Assembly (NCBI GenBank): GCA_964016885.1
Contig: OZ024741.1
Location: 29,016,001 to 29,080,000, forward strand
Source of the DNA: Eledone cirrhosa
Lineage: Eukaryota
DNA length: 64,000 bases
Direction: 5' to 3'
Shown here: positions 13,196 through 27,942 of the stretch, piece after piece
How the letters are laid out: each line of letters begins with the position of its first letter
Position numbering within the stretch: the stretch's first letter is position 1
Position numbers and translations under genes: made by a program
Notes under the pieces: model-generated
The model's input: only the letters and a program-made list of their open reading frames with translations
Told to the model about the DNA's origin: nothing
Database searches by the model: none

Positions 13196-16100
13196 GCACA
13201 TAGCTATTAGCACAAAGTCAGCGAAGGGAAAATGAAACATGTGTCAGTGAAAACGAGGTAAACTGTAACACTTCGAATCCCAGGGTTGGGGCGGAATCAC
13301 TGGCAACAGAACAAATTAAAGAAAGGAGCGAAAAAGTGGAGGGAGTGTATGCTCAGGATGAAACTCCAAATGAAAATAATGAGATCGTAAATGATAAAGA
13401 AATGAATGAGAATGAACTTGCCAACTTGAAGGATGAAATTATGATCGAATGGATGAAAATGAAAGAATCTGACATGGGGCAACGAGACACCCTCCCTAAG
13501 ATCCAGAACTCCAAACAGAACCAAAAGATAATACACAAGACTAACATAATTCTCAAAAACATTATCATCACAAACCAACTAAACATTACTGACTTAAATC
13601 ATCTCTATTATTCATCGGCTAAAGTCACCACTCACTTATGTGGAGTGAAGATGAAAAAACAAAGGAATTCCCACAAGAAATCTACTTGGCAAGATAACAT
13701 CAATCGCCAAATAAACCTTCTCCGATCTGACATAGAAATTTTAACAAACTATAAAGTAGGTGAACATGTTAAACAAACTAAACTTAGAAAATTGAAAAAA
13801 AAGTACAGTATAAGATCAACATGTGACATAGACATGCTGATAGAAACAATCAAGCAAAAAGTGTCGGCCAAAGCTGCTCGTATAAGGCGCTTTGAAAAAC
13901 GATCTAGATTCTATAAGGACAATAATATGTTCAAAAACAACCAAAGAAACTTCTACAGAAAAATTGGTAAGTCAACAATAACTGCTAAATCAATACCACC
14001 CAAGGAGGAAGTGCAAGAATTCAGGGAAAAGATCTGGTCCGAAGAAAAAGTTCATAACATACATGCCCCATGGATAGACAGACAAATGAAAGATACAGCT
14101 CACCTTGAAGAACAAACATGGGAAAATATAACAGTTGAACAGTTGCGCTTGGCTCTAAGAAAAACCAGCAAATGGAAATCCCCAGGAAAAGACAAAATAC
14201 AAAATTTTTGGATAAATGCCTTCACAGAGTCTCATGAGCTGTTAGCCCAACTTTACAATGAAATAGTTAAGGAGCCAGAAAAGATACCATCATGGCTAGT
14301 TAACGGCATTACATTCCTGCTACCGAAGAATGATGAGACAAACAATCCCAAAAATTACAGACGATAACCTGCTTGACCACAATGTATAAAATTTTAACAT
14401 CAGTCCTAACTGAATACACATATGACCACCTGATAACAAATTACCTATTTCCTATTGAGCAGAAAGGGTGTAAACGAGGCTCATATGGCTGTAACGATCA
14501 GCTTCTGGTTAACAAAATGATACTGGAAGATTGTCATAATAGACACAAAAATCTATCGATTGCTTGGATAGATTATAAAAAAGCATTCGATAGTTTGCCA
14601 CACAGTTGGATTGAAAAATGTTTAGAGATTTTCAAAATATCTCCCGTTGTCAGGAGGTTTTTGTCGTTCAGTATGAAGACATGGAAAACGAGACTCCTTT
14701 TGAATAGTGAAACAAAATCACTGGAAGCTGGAGAAGTTAATATTAATTGTGGAATTTTTCAGGGTGACTCTTTATCACCGCTTTTATTCTGCATCGCACT
14801 TATACCATTAAGTAAAATGCTCAATGAAACAAAACATGGATATAGAGTATTAATCACCTGTTCTACATGGATGACCTGAAACTATTTGCAAAAAATGATG
14901 AACAATTGCAAGGGCTATTATCCACTGTGAAGCAGTTCAGTGATGACATTAAAATGGAGTTTGGACTGGATAAATGCGCCAAAGCAACGTTCACCAGAGG
15001 AAAGCTGCTGAAGAGTTCAGACAGTAATCTTGATCAGGGGAACGTGATAAGAGAGCTTGATCAAGAAAAAACTTACAAATATCTAGGTGTTTGTGAAGGA
15101 GACGGAATCAAGCACTCGACAATGAGGGAAAGGATAAGGAAGGAATGTTACCGCAGAGTCAGAGCAATCTTAAGAACGGAATTGAATGCAAGGAATAGGA
15201 TCGATGCCATAAACACGCTTGCCATACCAGTAGTAACCTACAGTTACAATGTCATCAACTGGTCAAGCACAGAGATCCGTAGGCTCGATACAAAAATCCG
15301 AAAATTCTTAACCATGCACAGAATGCATCACCCTAAGGCAGACATAGATAGAATATATCTCCCTAGGAAAGAAGGAGGACGTGGGTTAATCCAGTTAGAC
15401 ATTGCGTTGAAAACTGCAACAATTGGATTATCCACATATCTAAGGGAATCACATGATTGGATGATCAAACTCGTTTTGAAACACGAAAGCACCAAAAGAT
15501 CATATTCCATTACAAAAGATGCACAAAGATACAGTAATGGACTACAAATTTCAGAAGTCCCATTTACTGCTGAAATGGAAAACACAGAAAAAGCAAAGCA
15601 GGTAAAAGTAACTGCAAAGAAAGAACTGCTACAGAAACTGGCTAAGAAATGGCAAGAAAAGCCTCTGTATGGAAAATACCAAGAGCGAGCTAACAATCCT
15701 GATGTTGACAAAACTTTAACCCATCAGTGGTTGGCATCCTCTGGACTGAAATCGGAGACTGAAGGACTGATTATATCGGCACAAGATCAGTGTCTGCCAA
15801 CAAAAAATTACCAACCCATTATGCCGTGTATGCAAAAAACAACCAGAGACCATTGACCATATAATTTCAATGTGCAGTCCTATAGCTCCAGCCGAATACC
15901 TAAACAGGCATGACAGAGCTGCACAATACATACATTGGATAATGTGTAAGCATTTTGACCTGCCCCATCAAAAGAATTGGTGGGAGCATCAACCACCTCC
16001 CATACTTGAAAAAGATCACATCTCAATCTTGTGGAACTTTAGCATCCAAACAGACCGAAAAATAGATGCAAATAGACCTGATATAGTATTGAAGGACTTT

Positions 16101-16528
16101 CAAAGGAGGGTATGCCTGCTAATTGATATGTCTGTTCCAATAGACAAGAATGTATCTATAAAAACATTTGAAAAATTGAGCAAGTATAAGGACCTGGAGA
16201 TAGAAATTGGAAAAATGTGGAAATTGAGAACTAAAACAATACCAGTGGTTGTAGGCGCTCTGGGAATGATACCTAAGGGGTCTAACGACTACTTATCGCA
16301 AATCCCAGGAAACCCGCGTATAGGAGAAATACAAAAGATAGTACTAATGGGAACTGCCCATATACTAAGGAAGATCCTGTCAATATAAGTACATCTCAAG
16401 TCTAAACACTAAGGATGCATGTGTGAATATGTATGCTCTTTCTTGAACATGGCGGACCTTGTTGTCTCTTGAGGTCACTGGTTGTGACTTGGTGATAACT
16501 CGTATGAACATAAAGCAAGATAAATGCA
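13195..16528 (+). mobile_element. R4/Dong-clade non-LTR retrotransposon, family A (RT + restriction-like endonuclease), frameshifted
   Basis: ORFs 13336-14367, 14373-14879 (IDYKKAFD, GIFQGDSLSPLLF), 14867-15856 (MDDLKL, YKYLG) and 15870-16388 (RHD, RPDIV, LIDMSVP, EKLSKYKDL). (AAT)n on both sides. Confidence 0.93.
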
Positions 16529-16570
<42 letters not shown>

Positions 16571-16754
16571 TGTTTCTACTTTATGGCACAAGGCCAGCAA
16601 TTATCCAGTGCATTACTGGTACTTTATTTTATCGACTCCATAAGGATGAAAGGCAAAGTTAACCTCGGCGGGATTCGAATTCAGAATGGCAAGGGTCGTA
16701 ACTCTATTCGTCAAAGCACAGTGTCAGACCCTCTACTGATACTGCCAATCCACC
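16571..16754 (-). mobile_element. SINE family A embedded in (AAT)n
   Basis: Reverse complement of the SINE A sequence, with (AAT)n at 16529-16570 and 16755-16769. Confidence 0.9.
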
Positions 16755-16769
16755 AATAATAATAATAAT

Positions 16770-17125
16770 ACGAGCCTGATTGTAGATGTAGCCTGCCTAT
16801 TTGACACGAAAGTGCAAGAAAATGAGAGGGAGAAAATTAACCGATACCAGGATTTAAAGTAGGAGTTAAAAAGGATCTGGAACTGATATGAAATCAAGGT
16901 CATCCCGATTGTCATAGGCGCACTAGGTACTATCTCAAAGAGTTTCCAAGGATGGTTAAAGAAGATTAGTCTAGCCTCGCTTTTTGGAACACTTCAAAAG
17001 GCATGCTTGCTGGGAACAGCAAGAACCCACCGATACGTCCTGAATACCTGAGGCAGAAGGTAGCGGCTTGATATTCATTTCAACAAACCTTCCAGTTAAA
17101 TAACATCAATGACTGAGATTCACAG
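16770..17125 (+). mobile_element. 5'-truncated 3' end of Dong-like family B
   Basis: Homologous to ~21670-22025 (IVDVAC.. region and 3' UTR ..CAATGA(C/G)TGAGATTCA). Followed by (AAC)(AAT)n. Confidence 0.9.
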
Positions 17126-17137
17126 AACAATAACAAC

Positions 17138-17214
<77 letters not shown>

Positions 17215-17774
17215 GAAGAAGAAGAAGACGCACGATGTGGTAGAAGGTCATGAAATCGCTCCCGTAAGATTTTAATTTTTAACATATTTAAATCATTTGT
17301 GAAATAACAACTCTTAGTACAAATGCTGCGTAAAGCATCCGGCTTGAGCCCCAAAAAAATTCGGACCCAAAATATATTGTTATAAGGCTCAAATATTCAA
17401 ATATTCAACTTTGTATTGTACATTGTATATTCAAAAAAGAAAATGGCTATAAATGGAAGAAGAAGAACCCCCCTCCTCTGTCTACACTATATAGAACAGC
17501 CAAACAACACCAATCTCACCAACACCAGAAACTAGATACACCACCTACCCCATCACCTGTCTGTGTACACTAAACACAACAGCCAGATAACGGCAATTTC
17601 ACCACCACCACAACCAATCTCAACATAATAATGATAATAATAAATACTATTATTATTGTCCCAAGTTTAAAAAAAATGTTTAATCCCAACATTAAGGGAA
17701 TTTATGTCAACACATATACGCGACTAACCCCATAGATTCACCGAACGGACATCAGTAACGACAACGCCGCCCAT

Positions 17775-17988
17775 CCATCATTACTACCACTATCCCATCA
17801 CCGCCGCCACCACTCCTTAATTGCTACCACCGCTACAACACCATCACTACAGTAATACGACCACATCACCACCACCACTGCCATCATTACTACCACTATC
17901 CCATCACCGCCGCCACCACTCCTTCATTGCTACCACCGCTACAACACCATCACTACAGTAATACGATCACATCACCACCACCACTGCC
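17775..17988. repeat. Tandem duplication of a ~105-bp C/A-rich unit
   Basis: CCATCATTACTACCACTATCCCATCACCGCCGCC.. occurs twice in tandem. Confidence 0.85.
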
Positions 17989-18499
17989 TCAGTATCGACA
18001 TCACCACCACCACTGTCTCAGTATCGCTACCGCCGCTATTCTCTCCCATTGCTTCCTGCTAGTTGCTGCCACCACATTATAGAATTCCTACTAAAAAAGA
18101 GGAAGGCATCAAAATATGTAGATAGACTCAAAAGAAAAAAGAAAAAAAACAAACATCAAAACCAAAGCAGCACAGCAACAACAGCAAAAAAAGAGAAAAA
18201 CAAACAGAGAAAAACAAAAACAAAAAAAAAACGTAAAGAAAATAAGAATGAAGAGAGAAACAAGCGGACGGACAGAGAAGAGAAGGGAAAAACTAAGTCA
18301 GACATTCGAACACTACATTACAATGAAACTTATGCTTATTCATTTTTTGGTTTTTTTCTGCCTGTGTGTTTGTTTGTTTATTTGTGTTCGTCTACAGCGT
18401 GGTGATAATGCCACACAAGAGCCAAGTGGAGCGGCGCAACCACCGGAGACGGTGAATCCACCGGAGACGGCGAATCCACAGATGGTTATGTAACCATAC

Positions 18500-21400
18500 A
18501 TTCGCCAATCCTCGATCAGAGTGTTTAAATATCGAACCTAAACAGTTCGAATAACGGTGAAATGTAGACTATAACGTCATGTGACAGACTCTCACCCAAC
18601 AGGTGCTCCCTGGCTCAGCAGCAGGAACCTGGCTGTCAACCAAATACTGCTGGTGTCGGAGGAAGAAGAAGGAAAGGGACCAGAACCAACTAGACGAAAG
18701 AATTGAATAGAACTGTTATGCAATGTTACCTGAAAAGTAACCCCAAGGAGAGGGGCTATAGGAGACGGATGCATAGCATCTGGAACGAGATTGGTCTATT
18801 TAAATTAGATGAACAAAAATTGGCCGGGCAGGCTCGGGTAATAAGAACTAATGGGTGGATAAGCGAGCTGGAACTGGAGGAACTGAGCAGAGAGATTAGC
18901 TTGGAGATGGAGGGTGGAGTATGCCAGGCAAACGAGCCAATGGGAAATGACGGTGAAGACGTCGAGAGAACGGAGGAACCACCCGAAGCAGACAATGATC
19001 TGAATACTGAGATAAATAATACCTGGAACAGAGATACGGCCACTGAGGAGATGAATGCTGACGGGCTAGGACAAGATTCGGTTGACATCCTAAATTTAGT
19101 GGTAGATGAATTGAACAATGATAGTGGGAGACCTATGAACCTAAGATTTGTAGACAGGAAAAAGTTAAAAGAAACAACAGCTAAGGTAAACAAAGTCATC
19201 CCATACCTTGAGGCGAGGAGCCTTCACCAGTGCAACAATATCCTCAAAGCAACAGCAAATACGGTGAGGAAGCTACTTGGTATAAAAGCGAGAGGAAACA
19301 ACAGACAAGAAAGAGCAGAGCCTTGGTGGAAGAAACGACTGAGTGGTCAAATCAGGGAAATGAGAAATGACATTGGAAAGCTTGAGTCACTACTGAATGG
19401 GACACTAAAAAACATAGGCACTAAAAATAGACTGGAAATAAAGTACAAAACTAGGAGGAAAAAGCTAAATATTATCATAGAGGAACTGAAGCAACGCATT
19501 GTAGCAAAGAGTGCAAAAATCAGGCGATACGAGAACAGAGTCAGTCAGTATAAACAGAACCGCATGTTCGACAACAACCAGAAGATGCTGTTTGGACAGC
19601 TTGAGGGGAAAGAAAGAGGCAACGACTTGATCCCTGAGGCGGAACAAACTAAAACATTCTGGAGAGGAATATGGGAGCAGGATGTTAGACATAATGACCA
19701 GGCAGGGTGGATTGAGACAGTACAGAGGGAGATCGGTGAGCAGGCACACCAACAAACTGATTTGAGTATCACAGTTGAAACTCTTAAGGGGCAGGCCAAA
19801 AAACTAACCAACTGGAAATCACCAGGCCCAGATGGTGTGCAGGGGTATTGGATTAAAAATTTAACATCCCTCCACCCGAAACTGACAACCATGTTCAATG
19901 ACTGCTTGATGTCAGGTGAGGTACCAGAGTGGTTGACAAAAGGTACCACAGTTCTGATAATGAAAGACCGAATCAAGGGTAATGATGTTACCAACTATAG
20001 ACCTATCACATGTCTGTCCGTAATGTGGAAACTGTTGAGGAGCATTGTGTCTGAGGAAATCTACCATCACCTCCACACAAACAACTTGTTACCGGACGAA
20101 CAGAAAGGATGCCGAAAGAAGTCACGTGGTAAAAAGGACCAGTTACTTATTGATAAGATGGTAATGGGGAATTGCAGGAGGAGACACACTGATCTTGCCA
20201 TGGGATGGATAGAGTACAGAAAGGCATTTGACATGGTGCCTCATTCTTGGATCACCAAAAGCCTGGAGATCTTCAAGGTGGCAGATAACATCAGACAGTT
20301 GCTGGGCAGGAGTATGAGGTCCTGGGAAACAGAGTTGACATCAACTGGAGAATCCTTGGGAAGCGTGAAGATCAAGAGAGGTATCTTCCAGGGAGATAGC
20401 CTGTCCCCTCTGTTGTTTGTCCTTGCCCTGATGCCCCTGACCATTATGCTGCGAAAAGTGAGAGCAGGATACAAGTTGGGAAAGGGAGAGCTTACCATCA
20501 ATCACCTCCTCTTCATGGACAATCTTAAGCTCTTCGGGAAGAGTGAGAAGGAGTTGGATGTTCTTGTTGACACTGTCCGTATTTTCAGCAGTGATATATG
20601 TATGCAGTTTGGTATTAGTAAGTGTGGAGTAATTGTGATGTGGAGGGGTAGGTTGAGCAGAAGTAACGGAATCCAGATACCAACAGGTGAGATGATAAAG
20701 GAAATTGACTCTGAGGAAGGATACAAGTATTTGGGCGTTCTGGAGGCTGATGGCATAAAGAACAAAAAAATGAAGGAATTGTTAAGAACTGAATACATTC
20801 GGAGAGTAAGGAGCGTATTGAAGTCACATCTGAACAGCAGAAATGCCATAAGCGCAGTAAATTCCCGAGCTGTGTCTATTATTAGGTACAGTGCGGGAAT
20901 TCTGAGATGGAATGTTGCTGAACAAAAAGAAATGGATAGGAAAACTAGGAAGCTATTGATTATCTACAACATGTTCCACAAGAGGAGTGATGTCGATAGA
21001 CTCTACCTAAGGAGATCTGAGGCTGGAAGAGGTCTTATCAGCATAGAGGACTGTGTTCAGATGGAGAAAAACAACCTACACAAATACGTGACTGATAGTA
21101 AGGAGCCAATGCTCAGAACTGTACTGAAGGAGGGGACAATAGGCCAGGGGATGTCCAAGGAGGAAATAACATCAAGGAGAAAGAGCAGCCTTCAGGGAAA
21201 ATCCCTTCATAGTACCTTCTTTGAGAAAACTGAATTTAGAGATCCACAGACATGGAACTGGTTGAGAAGAGGAGACCTCAAAAAGGCTACAGAAGGAACG
21301 TTAATGGCAGCGCAGGAGCAGGCTCTCAAAACGAAGTGGTTAAAACACCATATTTACAAGGAGGAGGCTAGCCCACTGTGCAGGATCTGTGGAGAGAGAG

Positions 21401-22025
21401 AGGAGATTGTGGCTCACATTGTATCCGAGTGTAAACACCTAGCCCAGACCCACTATAAGGGCTGGAGACATGATGTGATGGGCAGGGTGATCCACTGGCA
21501 CCTGTGCAAAGTAAACAATTTACCACATTCTGAGAAATAGTATGAGCATAAGCCTGAGGCGGTGATGGAGAACGATCAGGTGAAGGTGCTGTGGGATTTT
21601 AGGATACAGACGGACAAGAAACTGGAACACAATAGACCTGACCTGGTGGTTGTGGACAAAGAAAAAAGATCATGTCTGATTGTGGATGTGGCCTGCCCAT
21701 TCGACACGAGAGTGCAAGAGAAGGAGAGGGAGAAAATTAACTGATACCAGGACTTAAAGTGGGAGGTAAAAAGGATTTGGAACTGCCATGAAGTCAAAGT
21801 GATCCTGATTGTCATAGGCGCACTGGGGACTATCTCCAAAAGTTTCCAGGGATGGCTAAAGAAAATCGGCCCCTACACGCTTTTTGGAACGCTTCAAAGG
21901 GCCTGCTTGTTGGGAACAGCCCGAACCCTCCGATACGTCCTGAATATCTGAGGCTGCAGCTAGTGGCTTGATATTCATTCCAACGGACTTTCCAGTTAAC
22001 TAATATCAATGAGTGAGATTCAAGG
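18500..22025 (+). mobile_element. R4/Dong-clade non-LTR retrotransposon, family B, near full length
   Basis: 945-aa ORF 18703-21540: WKSPGPDG, YRPITCL, GIFQGDSLSPLLF, FMDNLKL (catalytic D changed to N), CRIC..H..C, RHD. In-frame stops at 21538 and 21742, then RPDL..IVDVACP. Ends in (AAT)n. 5' boundary uncertain. Confidence 0.93.
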
Positions 22026-22043
22026 AATAATAATAATAATAAT

Positions 22044-22613
22044 GCTTTCTTTATTAACCACAAGGGTTTACATAAAGTAGACATTAAGGGCAGTACAGGA
22101 CAATACAGGACGGTACAAATGGGCATTTCTGCGTGTAAAAAAAAACAGAGGATGTAATAAAAAATAACAATGAAAAATTCCTCAATAGGGGGGAGACTTC
22201 CGAGGGACATTTGTGGAGAAAGCCCAGTAAAAAGCCACAATGATCCTGACCACCAGGGCAAGTGCCCTCTCCCAGTTTTCCACCTTTAATTTAAAGACAC
22301 ATACTCAGAGTAGGCCCATTCACTCGGGCCATACTTGCTTCTCTCACCCATCTTTCAATAAAATGCTGGGAAGAGAGCACTTCCCTCTCTACCCTGATTT
22401 TCCTTTTCAGATGAAATTTGAAAAAGTTAATCAGGGCATCACCGAAGAGGTAAGTGCTCGTCTTCAGCCCTTTCAAACGTGTCCACCATACTATCTCTTT
22501 CGCCATGGCCACCAGACAGATAAAAACTGCCCGCCCTTCCCGGCTAAAGGAAGAGGGCGGGGCAATCCTCACGATGGACTCAGCTGATAGCTGGATCCGT
22601 CCTCCTCGTGACA
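22044..22613 (-). mobile_element. 5'-truncated 3' end of Tx1 (copy 3), same family as copy 2
   Basis: Closely similar to 7277-7843. (AAT)n at 22026-22043 and 22615-22630. Confidence 0.95.
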
Positions 22614-22614
22614 A

Positions 22615-22690
22615 AATAATAATAATAATAACAACAACAGTAGCAACAACAGTAACAACAACACAGTAAGGACAACAACAAATACAACAA
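22615..22690. repeat. (AAT)n then AACAACAGTAGCAACAACAGTAAC; right flank of the LINE nest
   Basis: Same compound motif as 3378-3660. Confidence 0.85.
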
Positions 22691-22984
22691 AATTATTCAA
22701 CGTTTATGTCACGTGCGCAGTATCTGTGTTGGTTTATACACGTTTCTCATTTTATAATATTTTCCTATTGTATTTCTATTTAGTTAAACTGTGATGGGAC
22801 AGGCGTCTCTATCAGACTGGCTGAGAAGGAAAGATGACGGCGATGACAGGACAAGTCGGAGAAGACAGTTGATGAGAGCTGTGGTTGATTGGAACAGGTG
22901 TGTTCCTGCCTCAGAAGATCTCGTTTTATATGAAACTCTATGGAAACTTGTCATGTCAACTAATGTTTGCATATTTAATTTTAT

Positions 22985-23155
22985 AACGGAGGGTCTGACG
23001 CCATGCTTTGCAGCAAAGAGTTACGGCCCTTCATGGTCTGAGTTCAAATCCCGCCGAGGTTAACTTTGCCTTTCATCCTTACGGGGTCGATAAAAATAAA
23101 GTACCAGTAATACACTGTGATAATTGCTGGCCTTGTGCCAAAGGTAGAAACAATT
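22985..23155 (+). mobile_element. SINE family A, 5'-truncated
   Basis: B-box, core and tail match the other copies. Confidence 0.85.
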
Positions 23156-23164
23156 ATATTGTAA

Positions 23165-23485
23165 TGTGAAGCTGTATGGTTTCGTGGCTAGAGCGCCGGG
23201 CTTACAATCGTGTGGTTGTGAGTTCGATTCTCGGACAGGGTTTTGCGATGTGTTCTTGAGCAAAACTTTATTTTCACGTCGCTTTCGTTCACTCATAGAA
23301 ATGAGTTGCGACGTCACTGGTGCCAAGCTGTATCGGCCATTGCCTTTTCCTTGGACAACATTTGTGGTGTGGAGAGGGAAGACTGGTATATATGGGCGAC
23401 TGCTGCTCTTCCAAAAACAACCTTGCCAGGACTTGTGCTTTGGAGGGGAACTTTCTAGGTTCAAATCCCATGGTCATTCCATGGA
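23165..23485 (+). mobile_element. tRNA-derived SINE family B
   Basis: TGGTTTCGTGGCTAG, GAGTTCGATTC and GTGTTCTTGAGCAAAAC. The body is the reverse complement of ~59900-60245. Confidence 0.8.
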
Positions 23486-24584
23486 GGTTTTTATCCTCTA
23501 CCTATATTGTAATATATTGCGATATCTTCTTGATGTAAATATATGGTAAACTGACGAAATAATAATAAAGAATTTAAGATCTGGAATTAAACAACAACAA
23601 TAACAAAATTAAATTGAAATCTTACTCCAGCCTCTCCCATCCCCACCACCACACCAACACCACAACCACCACCCGGACTACCACCTCCACCACTACCACG
23701 AGCATTACCACCACCACCACCACTACCACCACCACCACCACTCCCTCACCACGACGACGATCCCACCACCATTAATAAGAAAAAATCACAACCACCACTA
23801 TCATCACCACCAACACCACCACAACCACGACGACGATGACGGCGACCATCACCACTACCTCAGTCACCACCACTACCACCATAAACCCCCACCTCGACCC
23901 CCACCTCCGCCCATTATTAATAACATAAGATCCACACCACCATGACGATCTTCTTAAAAAAGACCACAACCATTATTACTAACCTCCTCCCCTCCCCCCT
24001 ACTACCACCACTACCCCCCCAACTCCACCATCACGGTCTTTAAAAAAGATCACAACCATCATTTCTACCATCACAGCTATGACGAAAACAAGCTAAATAT
24101 AATTTACAGGAATGTGCAAAGCTCAAACAGTGCAAATCTTTTCTAGATAAATACACAGCTATGATGCTAACTGTAGAGCACAACACCCATATATTTAAAT
24201 ATTATTTGCTTTTTGATACGATTAGCTTTCACACCAAACATGTTAAAATCGTAAATGGCTGTTGAAAACAAAGATGGCTGCCATTTTGTTGTATGTGCAT
24301 CTGCGTGTTATTTCATCCATTCTTTTCCTTTCGTCTACATTGTCTAAGGATATGTATATCTGCATGTATGTTTATTTCTGTATATTTATATACGCATGTG
24401 TCTTTCCTTGCTTGTATGTATGTTATGTATGTATGTCGTATGTATGTATGTATGTATGTATGTATGTATGTATGTATGTATGTATGTTTGTATGTATGTA
24501 TGTATGTATGTATGTATGTATGTATGTATGTATGTATGTTTGTATGTATCTATGTATGTATGTATATATGTATGTATGTATGTC

Positions 24585-25188
24585 AGGTCACCAGTTGGTG
24601 CTACTGGTAACATGTATCCCAGTACAACCTGTCCCATGGTCGGGTCGTTGGCGACTAAACTGGCAACCCCACCAAGGTTTCTTGGTGAGGAGGGTGACTT
24701 TGGACATCCTGCAGGACTAAAAACAAAACCTGTCAAAGGGCAAAGGAGCTCTTAAGAGTCAATGGCCATCCAAAATCACCGGGAGAGATGGCCCCTTAGC
24801 CTTTGTCAAGGCAGAATTCTAGGAGAAGGAAAACTCTGATATAACACCTGCAACCCTGATGGTATCCAATGATGTTGACTTGTTCTTCTTTTTGGTAAAT
24901 ATCATCTTGGTTAAGAGAGTGGGACTGGCTTTGTGCAGTGCCTTTGCCCACTATAAAAGCTTCACGGCACAGGCATTGCTTTATATCTGGAGATCTTTCT
25001 GCACTTGTCGTCACATGGTACCATGGGCCCAGCACTATGTGTCAATAATTGTCACAAGTGTAGTGTTTGTACCAGTTTTCAAGTCGCTGGCTGGACTAAA
25101 AAGTCACACTCGTTCAGCGCATCGGTAGCGGTTCTCCTACATGGATATAAAGTAGTGGCCGTACTCGAAAACGAGTTGGCAGCCACCA
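24585..25188. mobile_element. Dispersed repeat family C in (ATGT)n, with an internal inversion relative to the 52.0 kb copy
   Basis: 24859-25188 is highly similar to 52102-52431 and to the reverse complement of 45628-45936. Confidence 0.8.
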
Positions 25189-26470
<1,282 letters not shown>

Positions 26471-26845
26471 GAACACAGATATATATGCATAGCTTTAGTT
26501 AAATATGTATAGGTAAGTGGATGAATATGTTTGTGTGTATTGACTTGTAATCAATATGTGAGCCCATATTGAAAACAAGCAAAGGTACCAGCTGTTTGGC
26601 CCTTACACACACACAGATGCATAATATATGGATCGAAAAGGGATATATATATATATACTTCTTTACTTATTTATCATTATATTTTATTGTTGATGTTATT
26701 GTTTTGATTCTACGCTGTATCTCTATATATACCATGTCATATGTAAGTTCTTTCGTATTCTGAGGATTTGACCAGAGGTAAACACTATTGGAGATCGAGT
26801 GACGCAACTTCGAGTGATTAGCGGCCTTTAGACTCACCTGATCAA

Positions 26846-26939
<94 letters not shown>

Positions 26940-26942
<3 letters not shown>

Positions 26943-27203
26943 TATGTATACGTACATACATATATGTATACAGACGTAATTAGTATGTATATATATATAC
27001 ATACATGCACACATATATATATGTACGTATGGATTCACCGAACATTTATTATAATGCTCGGTGTGTTTGTAAACAAACATCCCGTATTAAGCCGCACAGT
27101 GTCTAGCAACCAGCGTTGCTCATTTGTTCAACACTGACAAAGGAACGGTGTACTAGTTTCAAGCTTATTAGCTATCGTCAGCAACGTTTACCTTCCTGCC
27201 AGA
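26940..27203. repeat. Dispersed repeat, second copy at ~34745-35004
   Basis: AGTATGTATACGTACATAC...CCTTCCTGCCAGAT is near-identical in both places. Confidence 0.85.
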
Positions 27204-27277
27204 TGATTATATATATATAATATATATATATACAGTATATATATACAGTATATATATATACAGTATATATATATACA

Positions 27278-27320
<43 letters not shown>

Positions 27321-27322
<2 letters not shown>

Positions 27323-27518
27323 GGGTGGCCCAAACGTCACACATGGGTTTTAGTTCTTATTAACTTCCTGAATTGTACAGATTGATGTATGAAATTTTGA
27401 TACAACTTAAAGGTGATAATGGAAATTATCTTGCACTCGTCAAACCTTGTCACACCTCTACATTTCTTATGAAAAAAAAATTATAATTAGTTGCGACCCT
27501 CTGTGTGACTTTTGGGCC

Positions 27519-27524
<6 letters not shown>
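27321..27524. mobile_element. Tc1/mariner-type MITE in (TA)n
   Basis: TIRs CAGGGTGGCCCAAACGTCACACA and TGTGTGACTTTTGGGCCACCCT, with TA repeats on both sides. Confidence 0.8.
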
Positions 27525-27563
<39 letters not shown>

Positions 27564-27863
27564 TATAAAGTAAAGCATGTCCAGAGAATTATTTGATAAT
27601 ATATATACATCATTTCTTCTCCCAATTAGCATAATTAACCACACAACAAATTAATTAGACCAGGCTTTAAGATTAAAAGGCACCTATGAAGAAACAGTAA
27701 ATAAATACACGACAGCGACGTCTTCGCGGCCAACCGCTATAGAATATTTACCCAACATTTCAACAGCACGTGGAAATTAATTAAATATACGGTCAATCAT
27801 ACACAATTAGGTATAAAATGAAAGTTAGAAATGCTTATATACATACCAGGATTAAATCACTAA

Positions 27864-27942
27864 ATCCCGACCCATGGGTTTCGCTCTCATTTTGAGATAT
27901 CCTATTCAGGATAAATCTCGAGTTTAGAGCTCTTCAGGGGAC
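27864..27942 (-). ncRNA. Type I hammerhead ribozyme with intact core, in a (TA)n-flanked segment at ~27562-27993
   Basis: Minus strand: GTCCC-CTGAAGA-GCTCT..GAGAT.TATCCT(gaat)AGGATA-TCTC..AGAGC-GAAA-CCCATGGG-TC^GGGAT. All three helices pair and helix III is palindromic. Confidence 0.85.

Noticed and set aside
13100-13330. HDV-like ribozyme at the Tx1 or Dong 5' ends
   Set aside because: I could not assemble the nested double pseudoknot by eye. An RNArobo or Infernal search would be needed.
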